Source: Candidatus Harrisonbacteria bacterium RIFCSPHIGHO2_02_FULL_40_20 (lineage in GTDB: Bacteria; Patescibacteriota; Minisyncoccia; UBA6257; WO2-44-18). From it: a DNA stretch of 47,335 nucleotides. Below are positions 7,540 to 16,913 of this stretch, one piece after another. The stretch lies in the NCBI GenBank assembly GCA_001818675.1, contig MHJF01000023.1, positions 1-47,335 on the forward strand. Direction: 5' to 3'. The position numbers and the translations under genes are program-made. The notes beneath the pieces are model-generated. The model was not told the origin of the DNA and did not search any database. It worked only from the letters and a program-made list of their open reading frames with translations. The stretch's first letter is position 1, and each line of letters starts with the position of its first letter.

Positions 7540-8565
7540 ATGATTATCGTATTAGTAATAATTGCCATTTCTATTTTAATTCTTGTTCATGAACTAGGGC
7601 ATTTTTTAGTTGCCAAGAAATTCGGCCTTTTAGTAGAAGAGTTCGGTATTGGTTTTCCGCCAAGATTATTTTCTAAAAAAATCGGCGAAACGGTTTATAG
7701 CGTAAATCTTTTGCCTTTTGGGGGATTTGTAAAAATTTATGGAGAAAATCTAGAAACGGATAGCGCAGATTTGGAAAAAAACAGCCGGGCTTTTTATAAT
7801 CAAAAATCATGGCGGCGATTATTAGTAATTATCGCCGGGGTAGTAATGAATTTTTTTCTTGGTTGGCTGGTAATGTCTGTTATTTTTATGATTGGCGCTC
7901 CGCAATCTTTAGTCATTACTGATGTTGTCGCGGATTCTCCGGCAGTTTTGGCTGGTTTTCAACCGGGCGACCAATTAGCTGGTTTTAAAAAATCCGTCGA
8001 GTTTATAAACTTTATTGATGTTAATAAGGGCAAGGAAATTACATTAGATGTCATTCGCGCAGGCGAAAATTTATCTATTCAGGTGGTGCCGAGGGTTTCG
8101 TCTCCAGTGGGACAAGGGGCATTGGGGATTGCGTTTGCCGAAGCAGGGTTAGAGAAAATGCCTTTTTTCACCAGTCTTTGGACAGGATTAAAAGCATCTG
8201 TGGGAATAGTAGCAATGATTTTCGTTTCCTTATTTCAGCTTTTATTTTCATTATTTACCGAAGGCCGGATTTTAGAGGGATTCGTCGGGCCAATTGGTAT
8301 TTTTGGAGTTGCCAGCCAAGCCGCTGGATTGGGCGTGGTTTATTTGATGCAGTTGATAGGTTTAATTTCATTAAATCTTTTTGTCTTAAACATTTTGCCG
8401 TTTCCGGCTTTAGACGGCGGCCGAATGTTTTTCATTTTGTTAGAAAAAATTAAAGGCAAGCCCCTATCTGTTAATTTTGAACGATCTGCCAATGCTATTG
8501 GCTTTCTAGTTTTATTATTTCTGATGATTGCTGTGACAGTCAGGGATATTATTAAATTATTTTAG
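7540..8565 (+). CDS. rseP: RIP metalloprotease RseP (site-2 protease, M50)
   Basis: HELGHF zinc motif, a central PDZ-like segment, and a C-terminal PALDGGRM motif. I prefer the ATG at 7540 to the GTG at 7528, which lies inside a repeat. Confidence 0.9.
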   Translation: MIIVLVIIAISILILVHELGHFLVAKKFGLLVEEFGIGFPPRLFSKKIGETVYSVNLLPFGGFVKIYGENLETDSADLEKNSRAFYNQKSWRRLLVIIAGVVMNFFLGWLVMSVIFMIGAPQSLVITDVVADSPAVLAGFQPGDQLAGFKKSVEFINFIDVNKGKEITLDVIRAGENLSIQVVPRVSSPVGQGALGIAFAEAGLEKMPFFTSLWTGLKASVGIVAMIFVSLFQLLFSLFTEGRILEGFVGPIGIFGVASQAAGLGVVYLMQLIGLISLNLFVLNILPFPALDGGRMFFILLEKIKGKPLSVNFERSANAIGFLVLLFLMIAVTVRDIIKLF

Positions 8566-8653
8566 CAATATATTCTTTATTGTAGTGTTTTACATCCAGA
8601 TAATAAGTCGTGGTTTATTATCTTAGTGTTGAGGTGGTGAGCTCGTGAAGGAT

Positions 8654-8681
8654 TTGTAGTTTTATTATTTTGTTATATAAT
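8654..8681 (+). promoter_or_regulatory. sigma70-like promoter of the cytochrome c gene
   Basis: TTGTAG-N16-TATAAT followed by the shared GTAGCTAG. Confidence 0.55.
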
Positions 8682-8738
8682 GTAGCTAGTTTTTTGATAA
8701 TGCGAAGCGGGTAAATTTCTATTTAAGGAGGGGCGTAA

Positions 8739-9680
8739 ATGAAGCACCTTAAAAGAGTAAAGTTCGCCGGGTTTATGATTTTAGTCGTATTTAGTTTGTT
8801 AGGGTTATTGAAGCTGATTAAATTTTCTGAATTACGAGCTGAATCGGCTGCTCAAGATTCTTGGAAGGCCCCCGAACGTGCTGCTAAAAAGAAAAATCCC
8901 ATAATAAGAGATGATGCGGTTTTATCCGCAGGAAAGAGATTATATATTAAGAATTGTATTGAGTGCCATGGGTCGGCTGGTAGAGGAGACGGTTCAAACG
9001 TGAAGAATCTTGAGAAATTTCCGGGCGATTTTTCTGATGCGGAGGTGGCTGCTCAAACAGATGGGGAGTTATTTTGGAAAATTACTGAAGGCCGAAAGCC
9101 GATGCCCTCATTTAAAAATGATTTGGCAGAAGAGGAGCGATGGAAGATTATACATTATCTTCGGACTTTTGTTCCTCCGCGGGCAGAAGAAATAAGATTA
9201 ATCATTGATCGTGCCGTAACTCCCGTTCTTGATCTTCATCACGGATTTATTTCTGAAAATCTTGATGAAATTAAGAAGGCTGGGACCAAATTGGTAGAAG
9301 CCTTGAAGCAGTCTCCGGATTCGCAAGCATTTCCGCCAGAGTTAGATAAACAGTTAAAAGCCTTAGACGAGGCGGCAATCCGGCTGAAGGCAGCAAGCGA
9401 CTTTGCGGCCGCCAAGGCTGATTTTGCTAAAGTATCTCGGATTGTTGCGGATTGGATCGATTATTATTCTTATAGAGCAAAAGATGATTTATTGATTGTT
9501 ACTTATCATAAAGATAAGGTTGAGGAAGATGAGATTTGGGTTCAACGAGAAGACTATATTAATAATCCCTATCATCAGCCGGGTAAAGATTTATATTCGG
9601 CTAAGCGTTCTGTAAGAAAAGTCAGTATTAAGCCGCCAGATTCTTCGTCAAAACAAGATAATGGAGGGAGTTCCAAATGA
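8739..9680 (+). CDS. membrane-anchored c-type cytochrome domain protein with helical C-terminal domain
   Basis: 313 aa. N-terminal hydrophobic anchor, CIECH haem-binding motif (CxxCH), and a downstream PMPSF Met-ligand region. Strong SD AAGGAGG upstream. Confidence 0.75.
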   Translation: MKHLKRVKFAGFMILVVFSLLGLLKLIKFSELRAESAAQDSWKAPERAAKKKNPIIRDDAVLSAGKRLYIKNCIECHGSAGRGDGSNVKNLEKFPGDFSDAEVAAQTDGELFWKITEGRKPMPSFKNDLAEEERWKIIHYLRTFVPPRAEEIRLIIDRAVTPVLDLHHGFISENLDEIKKAGTKLVEALKQSPDSQAFPPELDKQLKALDEAAIRLKAASDFAAAKADFAKVSRIVADWIDYYSYRAKDDLLIVTYHKDKVEEDEIWVQREDYINNPYHQPGKDLYSAKRSVRKVSIKPPDSSSKQDNGGSSK

Positions 9681-9698
9681 CCAGAATCTTATTTTAAT

Positions 9699-9726
9699 TT
9701 GCTATTATTAAGATTTGTTGTATAAT
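9699..9726 (+). promoter_or_regulatory. sigma70-like promoter of the 55-aa membrane protein gene
   Basis: TTGCTA-N16-TATAAT, with TG at -14/-15, followed by GTAGCCAG. Confidence 0.55.
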
Positions 9727-9778
9727 GTAGCCAGTTTGATTGAAAAGTTAAACCGCGATTTTTGAGAGGAGCAGAATA

Positions 9779-9946
9779 ATGAGCCGTACATTATTGTGTA
9801 TTTTTTTAATGGGTTTGGGATTTATGTTGATGCACGCGCCTAGCGTATTCATTACCTTAATCGGCGTTCTGTTCTTTGTGACAGGCGGTCTTAGCGCGGA
9901 GTTTTTTCTGTTGCATTCTCGTGGTCATTTTAAGAGTCCTCGATAA
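9779..9946 (+). CDS. hypothetical 55-aa membrane protein
   Basis: Below the ORF-track size cut-off. SD GAGAGGAG lies upstream of the ATG. Two hydrophobic segments. Its own promoter and terminator are present. Confidence 0.5.
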   Translation: MSRTLLCIFLMGLGFMLMHAPSVFITLIGVLFFVTGGLSAEFFLLHSRGHFKSPR

Positions 9947-9966
9947 ATATTGGGGGCTTTTTTATT
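9935..9966 (+). terminator. intrinsic terminator
   Basis: AGTCCTC ... GGGGGCT stem (with G-U pairs) followed by TTTTTTATTT. Confidence 0.55.
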
Positions 9967-10073
9967 TGCGCAAAAAAACTTTGTAGACTCGCCAAAATTT
10001 TGCATAGCAAAAATTAGGCGAGTGCTCGATTTTGTGATAAAATTTATGTATTATAAATTTAATTAAAATCGGC

Positions 10074-11342
10074 ATGCGGCAATCGCAACTTTTTACTAAA
10101 ACTTCTAAAACCGCGCCCAAAGATGAGAAAGCGGTTAATGCGAAACTTTTAATTCGGGCTGGATTTGTGCGGAAAATGTCCGCTGGTATTTACGCTTATT
10201 TGCCGCTCGGGTGGCGGGTAATCCAGAAGATTGCCAATATTGTGCGAGAAGAAATGAACGCCATTGGCGGAGAAGAATTATTAATGCCTACGTTAGTCGC
10301 CAAAGAATATTGGGAAAAATCTAAACGCTGGGATAATGATGTTGTTTACAAAACGGAAGAGTCATCTGCTATCGGTCATCAGTCATCGTACGGGCTAGGT
10401 TGGACTCACGAAGAAGTTATTACTTATTTAGCCACTCATTTTATAAATTCTTATAAAGACTTGCCTGCCGTTAGGCATGGTTTGCCGTTGGCCGTTTATC
10501 AAATTCAAAATAAATTCCGCAATGAACCGCGGGCGAAAAATGGGCTTTTGCGCGGGCGAGAGTTTTTAATGAAAGATTTATATAGTTTTCATATTGATAA
10601 AGCTGATTTAGATCAATACTACGAACAAGTTACCGGCGCTTATAAAAAAGTTTTTCAGAGATTGTCTTTGGACACTAAAATTACGGAAGCTGCTGGCGGC
10701 GCTTTTACTCAAGAATATACGCACGAGTTTCAAGTTTTATCGCCGGCTGGCGAAGATGAAATTTTTTATTGCGCGAAATGCGATTTTTCTCAAAATAAAG
10801 AAATCTTTCAGGGTAAGGCGGGGGATAAATGTCAGAAATGCGGCGATAATATTCAACAATCCAATGCCATAGAGGTTGGCAATGTGTTTAAGCTCGGCAC
10901 GCGCTATTCAGAGGCGTTTGACCTTCGGGTTACTAATAAAGAGGGTAAGAAAGATTTAGTCGTAATGGGCTCCTATGGTATTGGTATTACTCGGGCAATG
11001 GCTACTTTGGTAGAGGTTTATAACGATGATAAAGGGATTGTCTGGCCGGAAGCTGTTGCGCCTTTTAAGGTTCATTTAATAGCTCTTGGAGGCAAAGAAA
11101 AATCGAAGATTGAAAAGGAGGCGGATAAGGTTTATAATCAGCTGGAAAAAGCCGGCGTGGAGGTACTGTACGATGATCGGGATGTTTCTGCTGGGGAAAA
11201 GCTAGGTGATGCAGATTTGCTAGGCATGCCCTATCGCGCGGTAATTAGTGAAAAAACTGGAGATAAGATTGAGTTAAAACGGAGAAATAAGGATGGGGTT
11301 CAATCCGTATCTGTGACAGAATTATTAAAATTATTGAAATAA
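10074..11342 (+). CDS. proS: prolyl-tRNA synthetase, bacterial type without INS editing domain
   Basis: 422 aa. N-terminus MRQSQLFTKTSKTAPKDE..LLIRAGFVRKMSAGIYAYLPLGWRV, then FRNEPRAKNGLLRGREF and EVGNVFKLGTRYSEAF. Only about 25 aa lie where the INS domain normally sits. Confidence 0.9.
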   Translation: MRQSQLFTKTSKTAPKDEKAVNAKLLIRAGFVRKMSAGIYAYLPLGWRVIQKIANIVREEMNAIGGEELLMPTLVAKEYWEKSKRWDNDVVYKTEESSAIGHQSSYGLGWTHEEVITYLATHFINSYKDLPAVRHGLPLAVYQIQNKFRNEPRAKNGLLRGREFLMKDLYSFHIDKADLDQYYEQVTGAYKKVFQRLSLDTKITEAAGGAFTQEYTHEFQVLSPAGEDEIFYCAKCDFSQNKEIFQGKAGDKCQKCGDNIQQSNAIEVGNVFKLGTRYSEAFDLRVTNKEGKKDLVVMGSYGIGITRAMATLVEVYNDDKGIVWPEAVAPFKVHLIALGGKEKSKIEKEADKVYNQLEKAGVEVLYDDRDVSAGEKLGDADLLGMPYRAVISEKTGDKIELKRRNKDGVQSVSVTELLKLLK

Positions 11343-11434
11343 CACAAACTATACGAATTGAACACGAATAACACGAAATTAGTTCGCGTCATTCGAATAA
11401 AATTTGCATTGTTTGTATTATATAGCATAAGCGT

Positions 11435-12481
11435 ATGGGACTATTTAATTATTTTACTAAAGGTGTTGGCGTGGATCTGGGCACAGCCAATTTTATTATT
11501 TATGAAGAAGGCCGTGGCATTGTGGTTAATGAGCCTTCAGTGGCGGCGGTTAATAATCGCACTGGCCAAATTTTAGCGGTTGGCCAAGAGGCAAGAAAAA
11601 TGGTGGGCCGCGCGCCCGCGCACGTGAATGTGGTTAGACCTTTAACTAACGGCGTGATATCGGATTTTGAAATGACCCAGGAATTGCTTCGCCATTTTTT
11701 AAAAAGAATGAGCGGGCAAAAATTGATGATGAATTTTAAGAGGGCGGTGGTGGGTGTTCCTAGTAATATTACTGAAGTAGAAAGAAAATCCGTGGAAGAT
11801 GCGGTTACTGGAGTTGGCGTTTCTAAGGTTTATATTGTTGATGAGCCAGTGGCGGCGGCTTTAGGCGCGCGGCTCCCTTTAAATGAACCAACCGCTAATA
11901 TGATTGTGGATATTGGTGGTGGCACTACGGAAATCGCTGTTATTTCTATGGGCGGTGCAGTAACATCCAAGAGTTTGAAAGTCGCAGGCGATAAATTTAC
12001 CGAGGACATTATTCGATTTGTTCGAGATGAGTTTAAATTGGCAATCGGCGAGCCTACCGCTGAAGAGCTGAAAATTAATATTGGGTCCGCCATTCAAATG
12101 GATAAAAAGTTAGAAATGACTGTTCGGGGCAGAGATTTGGCAACCGGTTTGCCCAAAGAAGTCATTATTAAAGATAGCTATGTTCGCGCCGCTATTTCTA
12201 AGTCTTTGAGAAGCATTGTGGATTCGGTAAAGCAGGTGATTGAAATGACTCCGCCTGAATTAACTGGCGACATTTTAAAACGGGGCATTTATCTTTGCGG
12301 CGGCGGCAGTTTGCTCTTGGGTATTGATAAACTTTTAAGCAAGGAATTAACCGTTGCCACAACCTTAGTAGACGATCCTTTGACTTGCGTTGCCCGAGGC
12401 ACGGGAGTTTTATTGGAAAGCTTTGAGGAATATAAAGACTTATTTCATCGCCCCTTTGCTCCTAAAGATATTAAGATGTAG
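11435..12481 (+). CDS. mreB: rod-shape protein MreB (paralog 2, in mreBCD operon)
   Basis: 348 aa with VGVDLGTANF, DIGGGTTEIAV and LCGGGSLL. Followed by mreC and mreD. Confidence 0.93.
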   Translation: MGLFNYFTKGVGVDLGTANFIIYEEGRGIVVNEPSVAAVNNRTGQILAVGQEARKMVGRAPAHVNVVRPLTNGVISDFEMTQELLRHFLKRMSGQKLMMNFKRAVVGVPSNITEVERKSVEDAVTGVGVSKVYIVDEPVAAALGARLPLNEPTANMIVDIGGGTTEIAVISMGGAVTSKSLKVAGDKFTEDIIRFVRDEFKLAIGEPTAEELKINIGSAIQMDKKLEMTVRGRDLATGLPKEVIIKDSYVRAAISKSLRSIVDSVKQVIEMTPPELTGDILKRGIYLCGGGSLLLGIDKLLSKELTVATTLVDDPLTCVARGTGVLLESFEEYKDLFHRPFAPKDIKM

Positions 12482-12490
12482 GGGTGTTCA

Positions 12491-13138
12491 ATGAGAGCCA
12501 CCAGACTTTTGCCCTTAGCCGTGCTTTTAGCGATTTTTTTATTTAGTTCTTTTATTATTCCTAAATTTTTTAGATTTTCTCCTAAGGCGGATCAGCAGAT
12601 TAATGAATTATATTTAGAGAATCAAAGTTTAAAATCTCGGTTAACAGCGAGCTTGCCAGAATTTAGAGGCGACTTTAAATTAGCTAAGGTTTATTCTTCT
12701 TATCCGTTTAATGATAAAAATGAGATTGCTATTAACTTAGGCAGCGCCGATGGCATTAAAGAGTCTTGGCCGGTAGTTCTTGGTTCCGATATCGTATTAG
12801 GAGAAGTTAAAAAAGTTTTTGAACGTTACAGCTTGGTACGGACAATCTTTGATCCGGAATGGCGTTTAGCTGTGCGTATTGGAGAAAATAAAATTAACGC
12901 TCTGTTAGAGGGTGGCGTTGAGCCTTCTTTAACCACTATTGATAAAAATAAAGTCATTAAAGAAGGCGATTTTATTTATGCTGTCGCTAAAGGCTTTCCT
13001 TATGGCGCTTTAATCGGCAAAGTTCAAAATATTTCCAGTTCTCCAAGTTCAATTTTTCAGGAAGCTAGTTTGGCGCTGCCTTATAACTTTAACAATGAGA
13101 TCGTAGAGGTAAAGATTTTAACGGGCTATGGCCTATAA
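12491..13138 (+). CDS. mreC: rod-shape protein MreC
   Basis: 215 aa. N-terminal anchor, coiled segment INELYLENQSLKSRL. Position after mreB. Confidence 0.75.
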   Translation: MRATRLLPLAVLLAIFLFSSFIIPKFFRFSPKADQQINELYLENQSLKSRLTASLPEFRGDFKLAKVYSSYPFNDKNEIAINLGSADGIKESWPVVLGSDIVLGEVKKVFERYSLVRTIFDPEWRLAVRIGENKINALLEGGVEPSLTTIDKNKVIKEGDFIYAVAKGFPYGALIGKVQNISSSPSSIFQEASLALPYNFNNEIVEVKILTGYGL

Positions 13139-13583
13139 AATTATAGGAATTATTTTGTTGGTGGTTGTTGCGGCTTTTCTTCAAGGAGTCAATTTTTATA
13201 TTTTTGGCGTAAAACCTAATTGGGTTTTAGCTGTTTTTTTAGCTTTAGCTTTTGTGGCAGATTTTTGGTTTTACCTTGTAATGGAATTCTCGGCTTTAAT
13301 TGTTCTTCGTTTTCAACCAGCTTTTAGCTGGGAATTAGGGGCTTTAGCGGTAATTATATTTTTGGTTTTTATAGCAGCGCGCCAGTTGCCGTGGAAAGAA
13401 TCTATTAATTTTTTATTTTTAACTTTTGCCTCCCCGACCCTATTTTATTTGTTGGTTAATCCAAAATTTTTGTATTTCCAAATAGGCATTTTCTTAATAG
13501 AATTATTTTACAATCTATTATTAGGATTAACAGTATTTTTTATTTTAAAAAATTATGCCCCAAAATCGAGATTTAGATTTTGA
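13128..13583 (+). CDS. mreD: rod-shape protein MreD
   Basis: 151-aa polytopic hydrophobic ORF overlapping the mreC end, in the canonical position. Confidence 0.65.
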   Translation: MAYKIIGIILLVVVAAFLQGVNFYIFGVKPNWVLAVFLALAFVADFWFYLVMEFSALIVLRFQPAFSWELGALAVIIFLVFIAARQLPWKESINFLFLTFASPTLFYLLVNPKFLYFQIGIFLIELFYNLLLGLTVFFILKNYAPKSRFRF

Positions 13584-15417
13584 AGAATCGGTTTTTGACA
13601 GTTATGCCCAAGACTTGGACCATGTGGAATTTCCGCTTTCTCGGAAGGCCTTTATTTTGATTGTTGGTTTAGCGGGATTTTTACTAGCCATAGCTTTGTT
13701 CCGAGTCGCGGCCCTCAATTTATTTAACGGCGTTTTTTATAAAGCTCGGGCTGAAGCCAATGTTAATCGTGAAGTAATGATTCCGGCCTATCGCGGTATT
13801 ATTGTGGATCGCTATGGCGAATCTTTGGTGGAGAACCAGCCATCTTTTAGCGTCTTTGTTAATTTGGCGGAGATTTTGCGTAATACCGAGAATTTTAATG
13901 GGGCGTTGATTAAGTTAGCTGAAGTTTTGGAGGTTAGCGTTGACGACATTTTTTTTAGAATTAATGAGGCCAGCGTGAATCAGAATCTTATTGCTGTTGG
14001 CCGTAATATTTCTCCAGATCAAATTATTGCTTTGGAGAGCTTAAAAATTAAAGGAGTCACTATTGAGGATGACTACGTCCGTTTTTATAAAACGGGGCCA
14101 GTTTTTTCTCATATTTTAGGTTATCCTGGCGAAGTTGATGTGGGTTTAGAGTCAATTTATGATGATCGTTTGCGCGGCCAGAATGGCATTTCTATAATTT
14201 TTGAAAATGTGAAGGGTGAGGGGATTGATAAGAAAATTCTAAGCGAAGCCGTTTCCGGGAAGGAGCTTCAGTTAACCATTGACGCTGGCTTGCAAGAATT
14301 TTTTTATAATCGACTGAATTCCGCGATTCATTCGCTGGGTAGCAAGGGCGGCGTGGGATTAGCTTTGAATCCCCAGAATGGAGAGGTGCTATCTTTAGTA
14401 AGTTTGCCGAGTTATGACAATAATTTATTTGCCCGTTCTGGTAATAGCCAGCAAAAAATTAAGCTTTTAAATGATGCTTCCCAGCCTCTTTTTAATAGGG
14501 CTGTATCCGGCGTATATAATCCAGGATCCACAATTAAACCATTAGTTGCTTTAGCGGCTTTACGCGAGGGCTTAATCACTCCAGACGCGGAAGTATTTTC
14601 CCGCGGTTATATTGAAATTCCTAATCCATATTTCCCGGATCAGCCAAGCAGGTTTGTGGATTGGAAACCGCATGGTTGGGTGGATGTTCATTCCGCTTTG
14701 GCGCGCTCCAGTAACGTTTATTTTTATACTTTAGGCGGGGGGTTGCCAGTGAGTGAGTCTTTGTTGTTACGGGGTTCAATTGGTATCAAGGGCTTGAGAA
14801 TAGAAAAACTGCGAGCTTATTGGCAGAAGTTTTTATTAGATCAGAAAACTGGTATTGATTTGAGCGCGGAGAATTCTGGGTTTTTGCCGGATCCGGAAGA
14901 AAAAGAGAAGCGTACGGGGCAGATTTGGCGAATCGGCGATACTTACAACGTGAGCATTGGTCAGGGGGATCTTTTAGTTACGCCGTTGGAGCTTTTGAAT
15001 TTTATTAGTTCCATTGCTAATGGAGGGAAAATATATCAGCCGCATCTTATAAGTGAGACACAGCCAAAAGTTTTATTGGATTATTCAGAATGGGCTAACG
15101 AAATTAAAGAAGTGCGGCTGGGAATGGAGGATGCGGTAAGCAAGTGGTACGGCACCGCAAGTCTTTTAAGTTCTTTGCCCATTGTGGCCGCCGCCAAAAC
15201 CGGAACCGCGCAAATTCAGAATAATACCAAGACGAACGCTTTTTTCGTTGGTTATTTGCCCACTGAAGCTTTGGCGAACGCGGGCGCGCCCCTAGATAAG
15301 CAGATAGCTATTTTAGTTTTAGTAGAGAATGCCCGTGAAGGTGGTTTAAACGCAGTTCCGGTCGCGAAGGATGTTTTGGAATGGTATTATTACAATAGGT
15401 TAGCGACTAGTGATTAG
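13555..15417 (+). CDS. mrdA: penicillin-binding protein 2 (transpeptidase)
   Basis: 620 aa with SxxK (GSTIKP), SxN (SSNVYF) and KTG (AKTGTA) motifs. Follows mreD. Confidence 0.9.
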   Translation: MPQNRDLDFEESVFDSYAQDLDHVEFPLSRKAFILIVGLAGFLLAIALFRVAALNLFNGVFYKARAEANVNREVMIPAYRGIIVDRYGESLVENQPSFSVFVNLAEILRNTENFNGALIKLAEVLEVSVDDIFFRINEASVNQNLIAVGRNISPDQIIALESLKIKGVTIEDDYVRFYKTGPVFSHILGYPGEVDVGLESIYDDRLRGQNGISIIFENVKGEGIDKKILSEAVSGKELQLTIDAGLQEFFYNRLNSAIHSLGSKGGVGLALNPQNGEVLSLVSLPSYDNNLFARSGNSQQKIKLLNDASQPLFNRAVSGVYNPGSTIKPLVALAALREGLITPDAEVFSRGYIEIPNPYFPDQPSRFVDWKPHGWVDVHSALARSSNVYFYTLGGGLPVSESLLLRGSIGIKGLRIEKLRAYWQKFLLDQKTGIDLSAENSGFLPDPEEKEKRTGQIWRIGDTYNVSIGQGDLLVTPLELLNFISSIANGGKIYQPHLISETQPKVLLDYSEWANEIKEVRLGMEDAVSKWYGTASLLSSLPIVAAAKTGTAQIQNNTKTNAFFVGYLPTEALANAGAPLDKQIAILVLVENAREGGLNAVPVAKDVLEWYYYNRLATSD

Positions 15418-15485
15418 TGCTTAGCGATTAGTAAATTTAAAATTATTTTTTTACTAGTGGCTAGTTACTAGTGGCTAAACACTAA
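15399..15485. repeat. ACTAGT-type palindromic intergenic repeat, site 2
   Basis: TTAGCGACTAGTGATTAGTGCTTAGCGATTAGT ... ACTAGTGGCTAGTTACTAGTGGCTAA. It overlaps the last codons of mrdA. Confidence 0.8.
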
Positions 15486-15489
15486 TTTT

Positions 15490-16482
15490 ATGAATTCCGA
15501 ATTGAGGCAAGATTTAGTTTCCGGCGATTGGATTGTAGTCGCCCCAGGGCGCGCTTGGCGGCCTAATTTTTTTGTTAAAAACAAATCTAAAAGGAAGCCC
15601 GATCTTATTAAGGGTTGCCCATTTGAGCATCCGCAGTTTTCTAAGAATGGAAAACCGGATTTAATATATCCTAATCATCAGGATTGGGTGGTTCAGGTTT
15701 TTCCTAATAAATATCCGGCGGTGATTCAGAAAAAGAAAAATATTCGCGCTGGGGTTTCTAAGCATGGCCCATACTCAATATTTCCCGGAGTTGGCTATCA
15801 TGATTTAGTAGTTACTCGGGATCATTATAAAAATTTCCCTCGACTTTCTCGTGACAAGGCGAATTTAGTTTTTCGCGCTTTTCAGGATCGGTATTTAGTT
15901 TTAAGCGACCATGATTACATTGACTATGTTTCTATTTTGCATAATTGGGGGCCAACCGCTGGCGCTTCGGTTTTTCACCCGCATTACCAGATTATTTCTA
16001 TCCCGATGGTGCCGCCGGACATTAACCACTCCTTAACTGGTTCAGCGCGCTATTTTAAAAGCCATAGAAAATGCGTGCATTGCGTGATGATTGATTTGGA
16101 GTTGAAAGAAAAAAAAAGAATTATATTTGAGAATGAGAAAGCGGTAGCTTTTGCGCCTTTTGTTTCCCGCGGCCCTTTTGAGGTGCGGGTATTTCCTAAA
16201 AGTCATTTGCCTTATTTTGAGAATACCTACGATGAAGATATGGAGTCGGTGGTGGAGGCGCTTCAGTATTCTTTGAGATCTCTTGAGAAAAATCTAGGAG
16301 ACCCGGATTATAATTTTTTTATTCATACTTCGCCCATTAAAGATAAGGAGAAATATCGCCATTATCATTGGCATATTGAGATTACGCCCGTAATTTCTAT
16401 TCGCGGCGGCTTTGAGTGGGGGACGGGCATTGATATTAATGTGATTGATCCAGATAATGCCGCTAAGATATTGAGAGTTTGA
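15490..16482 (+). CDS. galactose-1-phosphate uridylyltransferase family (HIT superfamily) nucleotidyltransferase
   Basis: 330 aa with FHPHYQI (HxHxQ active site) and a second half-domain HYHWHIEI. Confidence 0.7.
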   Translation: MNSELRQDLVSGDWIVVAPGRAWRPNFFVKNKSKRKPDLIKGCPFEHPQFSKNGKPDLIYPNHQDWVVQVFPNKYPAVIQKKKNIRAGVSKHGPYSIFPGVGYHDLVVTRDHYKNFPRLSRDKANLVFRAFQDRYLVLSDHDYIDYVSILHNWGPTAGASVFHPHYQIISIPMVPPDINHSLTGSARYFKSHRKCVHCVMIDLELKEKKRIIFENEKAVAFAPFVSRGPFEVRVFPKSHLPYFENTYDEDMESVVEALQYSLRSLEKNLGDPDYNFFIHTSPIKDKEKYRHYHWHIEITPVISIRGGFEWGTGIDINVIDPDNAAKILRV

Positions 16483-16484
16483 TT

Positions 16485-16814
16485 ATGCAATTTATTATTC
16501 CTGACCCGGATAAAAAAAGAAATCTTGTTAATTTGCTTCGTGGCGTAGGCTATCATTTTGATGGCAGCAAAGGCAGCGAGTTGGCTTTTTATCATTCTGT
16601 TTCCAGCGGCTTCTTTCCGCGTTTTCATATTTATATTCAATGGGTTGATGGCGGCTGGGCGGCGAATATCCATTTAGACCAGAAAAAGCCGTCGTATGAA
16701 GGCAGCCATGCTCATTCCGGGGAATATGAAGGTGAGATTATAGAAAAAGAAATTGCTCGATTAAAAAAAGCATTATTGCCAGATCTTCTTGCAAATCTTG
16801 AAGATCGATGTTAA
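16485..16814 (+). CDS. hypothetical protein
   Basis: 109 aa from the first ATG. Starts 3 nt after the preceding stop. No family recognised. Confidence 0.55.
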   Translation: MQFIIPDPDKKRNLVNLLRGVGYHFDGSKGSELAFYHSVSSGFFPRFHIYIQWVDGGWAANIHLDQKKPSYEGSHAHSGEYEGEIIEKEIARLKKALLPDLLANLEDRC

Positions 16815-16841
16815 TATAGGCAAGTATTCTTTTACAAATGA

Positions 16842-16913
16842 GAAGGCTAAACCCCGAATTTAAAATTTGGGGTCGCCCGATCAAAACGCAGTTTTGATTT
16901 AGGGAGGTGACAG
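16842..16913 (+). promoter_or_regulatory. Element-2 leader (variant II) upstream of a small-protein operon
   Basis: GAAGGCTAAAC, a variable hairpin, then CGATCAAAAC-GCA-GTTTTGATTTAGGGAGG, then the ATG at 16914. Confidence 0.6.

Noticed and set aside
11358-11576. 72-aa track ORF overlapping the mreB (11435) start
   Set aside because: It has an alternative start codon, low-complexity translation, and overlaps a well-supported MreB N-terminus in another frame. The region upstream is a CGAA/TTCG hairpin leader.
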